NCBI RefSeq assembly: GCF_036971445.1
Contig: NC_091469.1
Location: 5,828,001 to 5,892,000, forward strand
Length of the DNA: 64,000 bases
Source of the DNA: Narcine bancroftii
Taxonomy: Eukaryota
Direction of reading: 5' to 3'
The notes beneath the pieces are model-generated. The model saw only the letters and a list, made by a program, of their open reading frames with translations, was not told where the DNA came from and did not search any database. Positions within the stretch are counted from its first letter, which is position 1, and each line of letters begins with the position of its first letter. Below are positions 10,867 to 21,929 of this stretch, piece after piece. Position numbers and translations under genes: made by a program.

Positions 10867-12379
10867 ATCTCCCTCTGTACCAGACTGCACAGTGTTCTTT
10901 TGGGGTAATTGATTTTGCCGAGAGTCGATTGTGGGATGGTGGACTCCCTCGCTCTCCACCCTACCCCCACCACCATCTCTCCCCTTTCCCTCCCTCTGTT
11001 GTGTTCAGAGTTGGTTTGATCGGTTCATAGAGAATCAGGGGTAGATGTGTGTTATGAACATTGGTCTTTATTTACACACAGAATTCACAAAAAGGGCACA
11101 CACTCATTTATATACACAGCATCGGCATGGTATACCAAGAATGAGGGTTTAACTTGTCCAGTGAGAAATGAGTACATATAAACCTGGTGTCCAGAGCAGC
11201 CTGCAGCTCAGCATTAGTCACAACTAACAAATTGTACAAGACCCCCCCCCCCCCCCAACTGCTTTTCTCCAAAAAATTGCCCCAAAACCTCCCACCTCCC
11301 CACCCCCACCCCCCAAGATCTTATAAGTGAAGGAGACATTTTGGGTACTGCAATACAAATGTAATGGAGGCTTTAATCTGCAAAACGGTGAAAGCACTCA
11401 AGCTACTCACCCAGCTTCAAGAAGCTCGCGGTGGTGCTGTGGCTGACCAGAAAGTGGGCCTGCAGCTTCGTGGGCCACCTTCCCTTGAGTGGCCTCTGCT
11501 TTCAGGAGCCACTGCTGCTGCTCATTTCTCCCAGTGAGAAGGTCGACCACAGCAGCCCCCGCCAGCAATGCAATGGATGTGTAGTACATGCTGATGGCAT
11601 GATCGATAACTTGCTCTGAGGGAAACATTGGGCTTTGATGATTAGGCTCCACGTTGAGCCTTTGTCCAACAAGCAAATTGAATGTGCAGGGGTGGGTGGC
11701 AGTGAGCAAGCAGCCTGTCAAGCTCGGCTACCTCCTGCCCTTGTGTGCACTTGCATAGCTGCCAATCCATCAGTGTTTGCACAGTGGGGGGAAGCACCAA
11801 GCGACGTGCTGCTACCAAAACATGGCCCTCTGGTTTGTTGCAACAGCTCAGTGCAGGAGCAATGGCCATCTTCCTTACCCATAATTCTCCATGTTGCTGG
11901 AAGCAGAGCAGCGCTTGCAGCAGCGCCCCCCACCGATTGTGGCAGCAGCACTTCAGCCAGGGGGTTTCCCTGTGACGCACGCACACAAACGCTGATGTCA
12001 CCAAAGTAACCCGGTAGGCTATTTCCCTTTTCAACCACTGGAGCAGAATGCCCGGTTAAGTTTTACTAGGTTCTCTGACCACCGACCTCTGAGGTGGGTT
12101 CTGACTGGGTTGAGCCAGTTGGACCCTTTCAAATAGTCATGTGCCTGGGTCGCAAACTATGCAAATTGCCCAGTTATCCCCAGTTTATGTGGCAGTTCGA
12201 AAGGGCCTAGGGAGGGACTGAATATGCTACTTTTTCAATGCAGGACCCGTCCACGTCAGCCTCACAGGTGGGCAGATCCAATCCTTGATTAGCATGTGAA
12301 GTTGCTTCCCACGAGGCTGTTTATGGTCACATGACCCATCCTCCTTCAAACTACACCCTGTTCCTTTCCTACCTCCCTC

Positions 12380-12590
12380 TAGGATGGCAAGATTAGTGTA
12401 GCGATTAGAGCAATCGGGACCCAGGTTTGAATCTCATGCTGTCAGAAGAGTTTTTATGTTCTACCCATCTCTGCGTGGGTTTTCGCAGATGCTTTAGTTT
12501 CCTCCCATTGTTTAAAAACACACTGGGGTTGTAGGCCAATTGGACAGCATGGACTAGTGGACCAAGGGCTGTTACAGTGCTGTAGGTCTC
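12380..12590 (+). mobile_element. tRNA-derived SINE (V-SINE-like) with CR1-like tail
   Basis: B-box-like GGTTTGAATC and core ATGTTCTACCCATCTCTGCGTGGGTTTT...GTTTCCTCCCA. Confidence 0.65.
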
Positions 12591-12699
12591 TCCCCCTTCT
12601 TTCTCTGCTTCTTCTCTCCCTTCCCCAGATATAACAGTTTTCAGTGAACCCTGTTCCATCCAAATGAGGAATGGAAGAATGGAGAGAGAGGGGAGACCT

Positions 12700-13995
12700 C
12701 AGGATCATAATTTATGGTCATGAACACGTCACAAAATTTGTTTTGCAGCAGCATCAGATTAAACATTTCAAAATAAATAAAATAGTGCAAGAATAAGACA
12801 CTGTGAGGCAGTGTCTGTGGTTCATTGTTCATTCAGGGATCTGATGGCAGAGGGGAAGAAGCTGTCCTTGTGTCAATGACTGCTCGTCTTCCCAGATGGT
12901 AGCAGAGTAGAGGGCATTGGCTGAGTGGTGGGGATCCTTAAGGGGAGAGGCTGCTAAGACGCCATCTCTTGTCGATGTCCTTCCTCAATGGAGTGAAGAC
13001 ACTGTGATGGCACTGGCCATTAACCCTCTGGAGTTTTTCTTGTCCTGACAGTTGGCACCTCTGAACTAGACAGTGATGCAACCAGCCAGAATGCTCTCCA
13101 TGGTACAGCTGTGGAAGTTTTCGAGTCTTTGGTAACATACTGATTCCCCTCAAACTCACAAAGCATAGCCGTTGGCGAGTCTTCTTCGTGATTGCATCAA
13201 TACAGAGGCTCCAGGACTGATCCTCTGAGATGTTGACACCCAAGAATTTGACATTCTTAACATTGAGCGCAAGGTTGTTGGTGAGACGACGAGCTGATCC
13301 ATCTCCCTCCTGTATGCTTCCTCATTGCTATCCGTGATTCTGCCAACTGTGGCGTCATCAACAAATCTGTAAATAGCAATTGAATTGTGCTTTGCCAGTC
13401 ATGGATGTAGAGCAAGTAGAGCAGGGGGCTGAGTACACATCCTCATGTTGATAGTGAGGAGTTGTTTCCAATTCATACTGACTACGGTCTTCTGATGAAG
13501 TCAAGGATCCAGTTCCAGAAGCCTAGGGTTTGGATCTTCTTGAACAGCACTGAGGGAATAATGGTATTGAAGGCTGAGCCGTAGTCTGAAGAGCAGCTGT
13601 ATATATGAATTGCTGTTTTCTCGGTGATCCAAAGAGTGGGACTGATTCTGCTGTGATGATAGGCAAGTTACAGTGGACCCAGACTTTGCTTAGGTACATG
13701 TTAATTCTGGCCATGACCAACCTCTCAAAGCATTTCATCACAAGTGTGAGTTCTACTGGGCAGCAGTCATTGAGGCTGTTCACTCTGGTTTTCTTGGGCT
13801 CCGGGATGATTACTGCCCTTAAGTAGGTGGGAACTTTCCACTGCAGCAGTGAGATTGAAAACTGTGAACACTCCAGCTAGTTGGTTGGCACAGATTTTCA
13901 GTACCCTGCCAGGGTCTGATGCCTTGCAAGGGTTCACCTTGAATGATTTTCTGACATCAGCCTCAGAGAAAGACAATAGGTTCCTGAGATTTTGC
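12700..13995 (-). mobile_element. Rex1/Babar-clade LINE, degenerate
   Basis: LKICANQLAGVF, MKCFERLV and ITKKTRQRL motifs in broken frames. Confidence 0.8.
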
Positions 13996-14428
13996 AGGAA
14001 AACACAGACCTCCCTCAACACCTGAAATCAGTGCAATAAAATCTGCCTCTGCACCCAACTGCACAATGTTCTTTTGAGGGAAATTGCTTTTACCGAGAGT
14101 CAGCGATGGAATGGTGGAGACTCTCGCCTGCAACCACTACCCTCCCTCTTCCTTTCTCTCCCTTTCCTTCTCTGTACTTTCCCTCTCCCTCCACTTTTTC
14201 TCCACCTCACCCACTTTCCCTCCTCACCTCCCTTTCCCTACCTTTCCCACTCTTCCATCCCACCCCACTTCTCCCTTCCCCTCAACCCATTTTCCCTCTG
14301 CCCCTCCCCTTCCCCTCCCTCTCTGCCCACTTCCCCTCCCTCCTTTTCTCTCCCACTCCTTTCTCTTTCCTTCTCCCTTCCCTCTCTACTCCCCTCCCAC
14401 AACACACAGACACATGGCCAACAACAAC

Positions 14429-14434
14429 TTTATT
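14429..14434 (-). terminator. Poly(A) signal of RNF20
   Basis: AATAAA on the minus strand ~125 nt after the stop, followed by a GT-rich tract. Confidence 0.7.
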
Positions 14435-14559
14435 CGAAACAAACCCCTAGGTTCAGGGACTCCACGATCAAGGACATGGGAGTCTCGGACCCCCACCCCC
14501 CAAGGATGTGGGACCCTAGGACCCCTGGGAAGGAGGAGACTGAGTCTCAGGCCCTCCCC

Positions 14560-14736
14560 TCAGCCAATGTAGATGCGGTGGAAGTCATTCGCCCCAAAGG
14601 CGGCATTACACTTGGGACACTTGCGCTGCCGAGTGTCGTAGCGAGTCTTGACGCACTCGAAACAGAAGACGTGAAAACATTTGGTGAGGATGGCATCCTT
14701 CCGCCGGATATTACAACATGGGCAATTCAGCTTGGC
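14560..14736 (-). CDS. RNF20: E3 ubiquitin ligase BRE1A, last coding exon (C3HC4 RING)
   Basis: [58 protein letters not shown]. Confidence 0.95.
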   Translation of the reverse strand, partial: AKLNCPCCNIRRKDAILTKCFHVFCFECVKTRYDTRQRKCPKCNAAFGANDFHRIYIG

Positions 14737-15467
14737 CTGAGTAGGTGGGAAAGAGAGAGAAGGGGGGGGGGGGTAGAAATAGAGAGAGGGGGAAGGGAGA
14801 GGGTTGAAGGGAGCAAGGGGGTGAATGGAGAGACAAGAGAGGGAGAGGGGAAAGGAGAGTGGGGAAGACAGCGGGAGGGGGAGATGAAGGGATGGGGAGA
14901 TGAAGGGATGGGGAGACGGGTCAGGGAGATGGAGGGATGAGGGGAGAGGGAGGGAGGGGTTGACGAGGGAGGATGAGGGAGGGGACAGAAGGGTGGGAAG
15001 ATGGAGGGAGTGGGAGAAGGTGGGGGGAGACAGTGGGGTAACGGGGGAAGACAGAGAGAGAGAGAGAGATAGGAGAGAGTTCAGGATTGAAAGAATTGCT
15101 GTTGAACAAGATCTTTTCTCCTGATGCAATCTGACCCAGGAAGAATATGTCTCTTTCTACCCTTCTCTCTCCCCACTCCTATTATTCCCCTCCCTTTCCC
15201 TATCTCCCCTCCCATTATGCCCCCCTTCCCCTCCGATTATTCCAATCTCCCCTCCCCTCCCATTATTCCCATCTCCTCTCCCCTCACATTATTCCCCCTT
15301 CCTCTCCCCTCACATTATTCCCCCTTCCCCTCCCATTATTCTCCCCTCCCCTCATTTCCCCTCCCCTTCTATTATTCCCCTCCCTTATCTCCTCTCCCCT
15401 TCTATTATTCCCCCTTCCCCTCCCTTATCTCCCCTCCCATTATTCCCATCTCTCCCCCCACCTCTAC

Positions 15468-15569
15468 CTTGTAATCTTTGATCTCCTCCATCAGAATTTC
15501 ATCACAGTTTGTGTACAGCTCAGGTTTCTTCTGTTTCTCCAACTTACGGCGCAGTTTTGAAATGTCCTC
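15468..15569 (-). CDS. RNF20: RNF20 coding exon 18
   Basis: [34 protein letters not shown]; AG/GT ends; 102 nt. Confidence 0.92.
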
Positions 15570-15689
15570 CTGTCTCCGAGAAGAGAGACTATCACTCCAA
15601 GTCCAACCCCAGGAGCATGTGATGGGACGGTGCAGAGGGAGCTTTAATCTGTGTCCCACCCCAGGAGTGTGTGTTGGATGGGGTAACCA

Positions 15690-17135
15690 TATAACAATTT
15701 ATAGTATATGGAAATAGGCCATGTCGGCCCTTCTAGTCCGCACCGATTTATGTGAAACTCCACTAGTTCCAGCGATCTGCTCCCTTGCCCACAACCCTCC
15801 AACCCCCTCACAACCATGTACTCAAAATCATCTAACCTCCTCTTAAATGACAGAATTGACCCTGCCACAACTACCTCTTCTGAAAGATTATTCCACAGCC
15901 ACCACTCTCTGAGTGAAGAAGCATCCTCTTATATTACTCCTAATGTTTTGCCCCCTAACCCTGAACTTATGTCCCTTTGTTCCAATCTCCCCTACCCTCA
16001 GGGGAAAGAGTCTATTCACATCTACTCTATTTATTCCCTTCATAATTTTAAATACCTCTATCAAATCCACTCTCAACCTTCTACACTCCAATGAATAAAG
16101 TCCCACTCTACTCAATCTTTCTCCGTATTCTAAATACTGCAGTCCAGGCAACATTTTCATAAATCTTTTTTGCACCCTCTCAACCTTTTTTTATATCCTT
16201 CCTATAATTTGGAGACCAGAACTGCACACAATTCTCCAAACTTGGCCTCATCAATGCCTTAATCAGTCTCAATATAAACCCCCCCACCCCCCCCCCCCCC
16301 CCTGCTCCTATATTCTATGCTATGATTTATAAAGGCCAGCATACCAAAAGCCTTCTTCACCACCCTCTACACAGGAATCCACTTTGAAGGAACGATGAAC
16401 TGTTATTCCAAGATCCCTCTGTTCCTCTGCATTCTTCAATGCACCTCACACTTATTTACATTAAACGCCATCTGCCACTTTTCAGCCCACCTTTCCAAAC
16501 AGTTCAAATCCTTCTGTAGTCCATGAAAACCCTCCTCACTATCCACAACTCCCTCTATTTTTGTATCATTTGCATATTTACTCACCCAATTTACCATCCG
16601 GTCATCAATATAAATGACAAACATCAAAGGACCCAACACCGATCCCTGAGGCACACTGCTCGTTACAGGCCTCCATCCTGACAGACAGTTGTCCACCATG
16701 ACTTTCTGGTGCCTATCTTCCAGCCACCATTGAAATCATCTGACTATCTCTATATTGATCCCTAGAGACTGAACTTCCTCATCAACCTTTCATGTGGAAC
16801 CTTATCAAAGGCCTTACTAAAATCCAAATAGACCATATCAACTGCTCAACCTTCATCAACCTTTCTCGTCACCTCTTCAAAAGATTCAACAAGATGCGTC
16901 AAACATGACTTTCCCCTCACAAACCCATGTTGGGTGTCACTGATCAATCCCTGCCTTTCCAGATATTTATACATATTATCCCTAAGAATTCCTTCCATTA
17001 GTTTCCCCATCACCGATGTCAAACTTACTGGCCGATAATTGCTTGGTCTACACCTTGCAACCTTTTTAAACAACGGAACCACGTTTGCAACCCGCCAATC
17101 TAGCGGCACCACACCCTCCTCCAGTGACCCTTCTC
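15690..17135 (-). mobile_element. CR1 LINE ORF2 (RT) fragment with 3' tail
   Basis: NYRPVSLTSVMGKLME, QHGFVRGKSCLT, VPQGSVLGPL. Confidence 0.9.
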
Positions 17136-17137
17136 TA

Positions 17138-17600
17138 GAGGGAGCTTCTCTCGGTGTCCCATCCCGGGAATGTGTGCTGGGATGGGATAGAGGGAGCTTT
17201 ACTCTGTGTCCCACCCCTGGGGTGTGTGATGGACATGGTAGAGGGAGCTTCACCCTGTGTCCCACCCCGGGAGAGTGTGTTGGATGGGGTAGAGGGAGCT
17301 TCATTCATTGTCCCACCCCGGGAGAGTGTGTTGGATGGGGTAGAGGGAGCTTCATTCATTGACCCACCCCGGGAGTGTATATTGAATGGGGAAGAGGGAG
17401 CTTCATTCAGTGTTCCACCCTGGGAGTATGTATTGGAACAGGACGGTGGGAGCTTCACTCGGTGTCCCACCCCGAGAGTATGTGATGGACAGGGTAGAGG
17501 GAGCTTCACCTGGTGCCGCACTCCAGGAGTGTGTAATGGACAGGGTAGAGGGAGCTTCATTCAGTGTCCCACCCCGGGAGTGTGTGCTACGATGGGGTAG
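17138..17600. repeat. ~51-bp degenerate minisatellite; family also at ~15600-15690, 34500-34700, 37090-37320
   Basis: Unit like AGAGGGAGCTTCACTCTGTGTCCCACCCCGGGAGTGTGTGATGGGACAGGGT. Confidence 0.85.
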
Positions 17601-17611
17601 TAGGAGTTTAC

Positions 17612-17749
17612 CTGGGCTCGCTTATAGTTGAAGGATTCTTTCTCCCGCCCAACACTGCTTTCAATGATGTCTTCCTGCACGTCCGCAAGTTTTGATTGGG
17701 TTGCTTCCAACTGCAGTTTAAGGTCCTCTGCTAATTGGGGCTTCCACGC
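17612..17749 (-). CDS. RNF20: RNF20 coding exon 17 (5' end garbled; upstream acceptor at 17771 is out of frame)
   Basis: [42 protein letters not shown]|gtaaac. Confidence 0.85.
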
Positions 17750-18010
17750 CTGAATTGGGCAGCTTCACCGCCTGTGGGGAAGTGGGGAGAATTGGATAGG
17801 GGTGTGGAAAGAGGGGGGGTGAGAGAGATGACAGAGACAGGAGAGATGACAGAGAGAGAAAGGGGGAGGAGAGAGGGGCAAGGATGGAGAGGTTGGTGAA
17901 GATGGGAGGGGAAGGAAGTGAGGAGGAAAGGAAGGGGTGAGAAGAGAGGAAGGGAAGGAAGGTGGAGGGAAGGAGGGGAAGAGGTGGGAAGGAGGGAGGA
18001 GAGGACACAC

Positions 18011-18136
18011 CTTGCGCTTGTGCAGTTCCACAGTCTGTGAGCGCAGAGCCAGCTCCTTCTCCATAGTAGTCACATTGGACTGGAGAAGCTGTTCAGTAGC
18101 CTCCAGCTTCTTCACCACCTGTAGTTGGGCATCCAC
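18011..18136 (-). CDS. RNF20: RNF20 coding exon 16
   Basis: VDAQLQVVKKLEATEQLLQSNVTTMEKELALRSQTVELHKRK; 126 nt. Confidence 0.92.
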
Positions 18137-18424
18137 CTGTAGGTGGGGACAGAGAGGTGGGCGACCCCACATGGGAGGGGATGGATTGGTGGAGGAGGAA
18201 ACACTGTATGATGAGAGCGAGACCGGTGGGGTGTGAGATGTGGTGGAGGAGGAAGAGAAAGACGGTGAGAGAGTGAGAGACAGGGAGAGAGAGAAACGGG
18301 GAGAGAGAGAGAGAGAGAGACGGGGAGAGAGAGAGAGAGGCGGGGAGAGGGAGAGACGGGGGAGCAGGAGAGAGAGAGAAGGGGGGAAAGGAAAGAAGGG
18401 GAGAGAGAGACGGGGAGGGGGAGA

Positions 18425-19100
18425 GATGGGGGGAGGGGGAGAGACGGGGAGGGGGCGAGACGGGGGAGGGGGGCGAGACGGGGGAGGGGGGCGAGACGGG
18501 GGAGGGGGGCGAGACGGGGAGGGGGGCGAGACGGGGGAGGGGGCGAGACGGGGGAGGGGGCGAGACGGGGGAGGGGGCGAGACGGGGGAGGGGGCGAGAC
18601 GGGGGAGGGGGCGAGACGGGGGAGGGGGCGAGACGGGGGAGGGGGCGAGACGGGGGAGGGGGCGAGACGGGGGAGGGGGCGAGACGGGGGAGGGGGCGAG
18701 ACGGGGGAGGGGGCGAGACGGGGGAGGGGGCGAGACGGGGGAGGGGGCGAGACGGGGGAGGGGGGCGAGACGGGGGAGGGGGCGAGACGGGGGAGGGGGC
18801 GAGACGGGGGAGGGGGCGAGACGGGGGAGGGGGCGAGACGGGGGAGGGGGCGAGACGGGGGAGGGGGCGAGACGGGGGAGGGGGCGAGACGGGGGAGGGG
18901 GCGAGACGGGGGAGGGGGCGAGACGGGGAGGGGGCGAGACGGGGAGGGGGCGAGAGATGGGGGGGACTGATGCAGAGAGAGGGGGGGACTGACGGAGAGA
19001 GAGGAGGGGACTGACGGAGAGAGAGGGGGGGACTGACGGAGAGAGAGGGGGGGACTGACGGAGAGAGAGGGGGGGACTGACGGAGAGAGAGGGGGGGACT
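18425..19100. repeat. 17-bp G-rich minisatellite (GGGGGAGGGGGCGAGAC) followed by a ~21-bp repeat
   Basis: Direct tandem periodicity. Confidence 0.9.
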
Positions 19101-19762
19101 GAAGTCGTTGGGAATTAGAGGGAGTGTAGCAGGACTGACAGGGAGAGAGGAGACTGGCAGAGAGATAGAGATAGGGGCCTGAAGAGAGAGGGGGACAAAG
19201 AGGGAGAGGAGATGCGAGGGATGGGGAGATGGAAAGAGGAAGGGGGATGCAGAGTAAGAAGGACAGAGAAAGTGGGGGGATGGAGGGACAGTGGGAATCA
19301 AGAGAGAGAGATCAGAGAGATGGGGAGGGGTCAGAGAGTGGGGAGGGGGACGGAGGGAATGAGAGAGGGGTGGAAAGCAGGGTAGGGGTTATCGGAAAGA
19401 GTAGGGATGGAAAGTGGGAGGCGGGTGGAGAATGGGGGCATGAAAAGCAGGCTGGGGTGCAGGTTGGGCTGGGGAGATAACGGAGGGACAGATAGGGGAC
19501 AGTGAGAGAGTCACAGAGGGGAGACAGAGAGAGAGCAAGAGGGGGGAGACTCTCAGAGAGAGAGAGAGAGAGACCAACAAAGAGAGAAAGAGGGCCCGAG
19601 AGAGAGAGAAAGGGATGGAGAGTGGGAGGATTGTAGGGATATAGGACTAAATGAGAGAGCGAGAGAAAGAGATGGTGATGGTGGGGGGGAGGTCTGAGGG
19701 AGAGTGATGAGGAGATGGAGAAGAGACTGGAGCAATGTGGGAACCTTCCCCCCTCTCCCTAC

Positions 19763-19975
19763 CTGGGTCTTGAGGGTCAGCACCTGGTCAACCAGCTCTT
19801 CTTTCTCCTCCTTGAGCAGTTTGTGGATCTGGTTCGATTTGATCCGCTCCGACATGAGCTTGAAGTTGGCGTCATCTTTCTCCCGGAGTTGTTGCATCAG
19901 TCGGATGTTTTGCTCCTGCATGTCTTCAAAGGCCTGGCCCGTCACATCCATCTCTGAGAGGAGGGCCTCCTCTTC
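19763..19975 (-). CDS. RNF20: RNF20 coding exon 15
   Basis: [71 protein letters not shown]. Confidence 0.95.
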
Positions 19976-20269
19976 CTGTCCCAGGGCGGCAGGGAGAATG
20001 TGTTAAGCCTGTCTCTGTACCAGGTTGTGGACAGTATCACTTCACTCACTTTCTCACCCTGATTGACTTTCTCACTCCCTCTCTTTACTGAGTTCCCTGC
20101 TGCATCACCACTCTCTATAATCCCTGACTGTATCACTCCCTCTCTACCCCAGATCGATGATTGCATCACCTAACCTCCTCTCCATTCCGTGTCTGCAACA
20201 ACATCACCCCTCTGCTATACTGGGTTCCTGACTGTATCTCCCCTCAAATGACTATATTACTCTCTAGAC

Positions 20270-21778
20270 TAGGGGTGGCCAAATTGCAGCTCGCAAGCTA
20301 CCTATGGCTCTTGGACATATAATGTGGGGCTTGCAAAAATATGTTGGCTGAGACAGAAATCTTATGAGCCAGTGCTCATAATGGTAGTTTTAGTGGACAT
20401 GACTTGCGAAGTGTGGAAGATAGTTCTTCAGGTACCTCCCATTGTCCAGGGAGGATGGCAGAGCCTTGGCCTGGGAGGACATGCAAGTCTCAGCTGGATA
20501 GCATTTGCAGGACAAAGGTTCAGCATGCACATGGTACCGACACTCTCTGGAGCCAGTGGCCCATGAAGGGAGGTCGGAAGAGATACCAGCGCGCCTGAAG
20601 CCACCTCAGGACACACTGAATCCCTGCAGCCAGCCCAAGGGGTTCCAGGACAGGCACTGCCTGGGCTGAGTGACAAGGAGAGGGAAGAGGCACTGGAGGA
20701 ACGGTCCCTTCAGAGGAATGGAGTGAGCAGTGCATGATGGAGTTGGGTTCTCCTTGCACAGGCCGGGCCACATCACAACAGAGTGCTGCCAACATGGGAT
20801 GTGTGGTAGGAGGGTCACACAAAATTGAGGGCCGTGCAAAGCTGACATTCCTCTACAGGGAGCAGCCATATCGGTCGGGAAGCAAGAGGGTGGGCTAGGA
20901 GAGGTCCGATGAGGTATGACATGCTCCAGAGGTGGGGTGTCTGTCCAGACACTCTGGTAGAGGGGGAAGCAAGATGATGGAGACAGGGAGCAGAAGCTGG
21001 AGGGGGTCCCCAATGAGGACATCACCCAGGAACCAAGCCAGGACAGATCTAGAGCTGGCAGCAGCAGTGAAAGCCGTCAGTGGCCATGGGCAAGACCTGC
21101 CCCACCAGATGGAGAGACAGCACCAGGCAGTGCAAAGGTTAGACCGCTCCATACCCCAGCCTCTGCTCCCAGCAGCGCTCCCCCCATACTGCCAGCAACT
21201 GGGAAGAGGGGAATGAAGGGAGGGATAGGAAGGAGCAGAACTGTGGCTTTCTTGGCATCTCCGCTGCAGGAGGCATCTTTGCGTCAGGTTGCTTCACACA
21301 TCGTGCACTCGTCTGTAGATGGGATGCTATAATGGTGCAGGTCTCTGCAGAGACCAGTGGCAGCAGTGTTACCAAAGAGAACACATCAGAAACAAGAGCA
21401 GGAGTCGTCCATCTGGCCTGTCAAGCCTGATCCCACATTCCTTGAGATCACAGCTGATCTGGCAGTGGTCTAAGCTCTGCCTTTCCCTCATAACCCTTAA
21501 TTCCCCTACAATGCAAGCATCTATCTTACTGTATTTAAATATATTTAATGAGGTAGCCTCTACTGCTTACTTGGGCAGAAATTTCCACAGAAAATCAGTC
21601 AGGATTTTAAAAATATTTGGTATGCTTATGTGTATTTCTTAACATTTATATAATTTTTCCATCAAAACATGCATGCAAGAGTAAAAATGTGTTTGTAATT
21701 TTTTTCATTCCTGAGGTTCTCAAATATCAGAAGTTTATCATATGTGGCTCTTACACCAAGCACACTTGGACACCCCTC
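20270..21778. mobile_element. Non-autonomous hAT transposon
   Basis: TIRs TAGGGGTGGCCAA...TTGGACACCCCT, subterminal TGTGGCTC motifs, degenerate 8-bp TSD CTCTAGAC/CCCTACAC; same family as 44086-49658. Confidence 0.75.
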
Positions 21779-21929
21779 CCCTACACCAGATATCCCTGAC
21801 TGTATCACTCCCTCTCTATCCCTGATAGACTGCATCACCCCTTCTCTAACCCCAATCAACTGTATCACTCCCTCTCTAGTCCTGATCGACTATCACTCCC
21901 TCTCTAACCCCAATGCCCGAATGTATCAC

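Noticed and set aside
11340-12210. GC-rich segment with short ORFs and GG(A)CCCTTTC...GAAAGGGCC ends at ~12121-12206
   Set aside because: No recognisable protein motif. It may be a decayed DNA transposon or MITE, but I cannot define its boundaries.
12380-12450. tRNA gene
   Set aside because: Only a degenerate SINE head is present; there is no cloverleaf.
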